From contig NC_047033.1 of assembly GCF_902652985.1 (NCBI RefSeq), forward strand, positions 19,902,001-19,966,000: a stretch of 64,000 nucleotides of DNA, read 5' to 3'. The stretch comes from Pecten maximus (lineage: Eukaryota). The notes beneath the pieces are model-generated. The model was not told where the DNA came from. It saw nothing but the letters and a program-made list of their open reading frames with translations, and ran no database searches. Position numbers and translations under genes: made by a program. Position 1 is the stretch's first letter; each line of letters begins with the position of its first letter. Positions 62,362 through 64,000 of this stretch are shown here, one piece after another.

Positions 62362-64000
62362 TGTTACGGCCTAAATGTTAGTTTTATGTTGAATTTATTG
62401 TTTAGTTTCGTTTGTGGTAATTTTGTTAAGATTCCGGAAAATACGGTTATCCGGTTTCCGGTTTTAGTATAGACGAATATTATGGGATAGCGTTATCCAA
62501 GCGCAGCACATGTTTTGAGTATGAGAAGATTCGTTCGGACTATCGTAGGATACGATACGGTAACTAATTACTGTTGAATGATTTGAATAAGATTTATGCT
62601 TGTTTAGTAATTCATGTCATCATGTTATAATGTCATTTTGGATAATTCGGCCAATATATAAATATGTCGGTGAACCGTGGACAGACGACAAGTCCCTCGT
62701 GCATTCTAGTCTATCACTTGATTTCTGCTGTATTTGTATGCTATCATATGATTGATACATTGCTGTTTCATTGCTGTTTAACTCGCTATAAATGTGTAAG
62801 AGTAATAGTATCGTAATAGTATTGTATTTTGCTATATTTATCAGGTTCGGTTAAATTCAATCTGGGCCGAAACGTCCTAGTCTTGTCAAGTCATGTGTAT
62901 TGTATACTGAATAGTAGAGGGCGAGTTGTCTCGATCTCATCTACAGATCAAACTCGTCATGTGTTATAGATGATAAGGCATAATAGTAACTGTTGCTTAG
63001 TTAATTAGTCTAATAAGTACTGTTTCTTTTCGTTACAGTCAAGCTATCTACGTAGAACTATCACTGAGTCAATACACCTGTACTATACTTGTATGTAGTT
63101 GATGTCAAAGATAATAAACACAGATGAAGCCAGGAAGATGGAATTGACCTCATTCATTATTACGATAGCCAGAACGATTTCGAGGCGTATTCGACGCCTA
63201 CATTCATTGACGTATCGTCCCAGATGTAAGAGGTATGATCTTCAAGCTTTTAAGTGATACAGATCTGGAACAAGATGGCTACTAGAGACAGAGAAGCTGT
63301 AGAAGGTTACATGTATGACTTAAATTCAGATTCTGGACGGGCCAGAAAATTTAGTGAGAAAGGCATGCAGTACAATATGGAACAGCTTGACAAAAAATAC
63401 AAGTCTCTATGTAGGTCAGAAAGATATTTAAAAGAAATAGCCACTGAAGATGACGAACCTTTGGATATTGTGCGTAAAAAATACAGTATGTGGATGAGTG
63501 AGTTCGAAAAATATTTGGAACTGTATGACATTTTGCTGCCCCAAGTCTCTTCCCATGAGCATGATGAGTTTGTTCAAAGGTTCAATGAGAATTATGATTC
63601 TGCGAAACAATTCAAAGGTTGGATTGAGGACTACATTTCTTCGCGGAGTGCTATGACATTGAGTAAGAACACTTTATCTGTAGCCGAAGAGTTGAGTGTG
63701 TCTGGTGAGAAAATAGGCCAAGGCATTTTAAAGAAAACTGATCCAGAAGCCGATGATAATGTATCCGTTTCCAGTACTGCCAGTTCTTACGCGTCTTTGA
63801 AACGTATCAAAGAAGAACAGGTTAGGGTAGAATTAGAGACAAGGAAACTAGCATTATCAAAGAAACATGAACTTGAGTTAGCTAAGTTGTCGCTAAAGCT
63901 CAAAGAGGAAGAACTGGAACTTGATACCGGTATAGCTGTCGCTCAAGCGAGAAGTGGAGTACTCGACAAGTACGACTCAAATGAAAATCTGAATGCTTCA
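62362..64000 (+). mobile_element. BEL/Pao LTR retrotransposon, copy 2 (5' LTR, leader and start of gag; runs off the window)
   Basis: A new TGTTACGGCC starts at 62362. About 98% identical to copy 1 over the shared region. Confidence 0.93.
63275..64000 (+). CDS. gag: BEL/Pao Gag of copy 2 (partial, open at the window end)
   Basis: ATGGCTACTAGAGAC.. MATRDREAVEGYMY.., near-identical to the ORF from 55724. Confidence 0.88.
   Translation, partial: MATRDREAVEGYMYDLNSDSGRARKFSEKGMQYNMEQLDKKYKSLCRSERYLKEIATEDDEPLDIVRKKYSMWMSEFEKYLELYDILLPQVSSHEHDEFVQRFNENYDSAKQFKGWIEDYISSRSAMTLSKNTLSVAEELSVSGEKIGQGILKKTDPEADDNVSVSSTASSYASLKRIKEEQVRVELETRKLALSKKHELELAKLSLKLKEEELELDTGIAVAQARSGVLDKYDSNENLNAS

Overview
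AT-rich, intron-containing animal genomic DNA. The repeat families look like those of a bivalve mollusc, possibly a scallop (inference, not verified). Host genes reconstructed by hand from GT-AG splice sites: (1) a 3-exon, 137-aa secreted Cys-rich protein ending in a VWC-like module (2757-4578, +); (2) an intact 11-exon, 606-aa SLC23/NCS2 nucleobase-ascorbate-family transporter (20078-32869, +) with non-canonical specificity residues; (3) an intact 3-exon, 246-aa NNMT/INMT/PNMT-family N-methyltransferase (44895-49112, +), head-to-head with a frameshifted paralogue (41140-42008, -); (4) an intron-containing elongator tRNA-Met (50675-50762, -). There are also two decayed paralogues of a family-B/adhesion-type 7TM receptor. 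The rest is mobile DNA: a near-intact BEL/Pao LTR retrotransposon with a sibling copy apparently inserted into its 3' LTR; a 422-bp TRIM whose LTRs each carry a tRNA-Thr-derived Pol III module; an IS3EU-type element with a 6-bp TSD; mariner, Sola2-like, Kolobok-like, Tx1/L1 and RNase-H-LINE relics; several SINEs; and many minisatellites. Two of the minisatellites arose from genic sequence, one of them from a splice acceptor. Most short ORFs in the supplied track are spurious.
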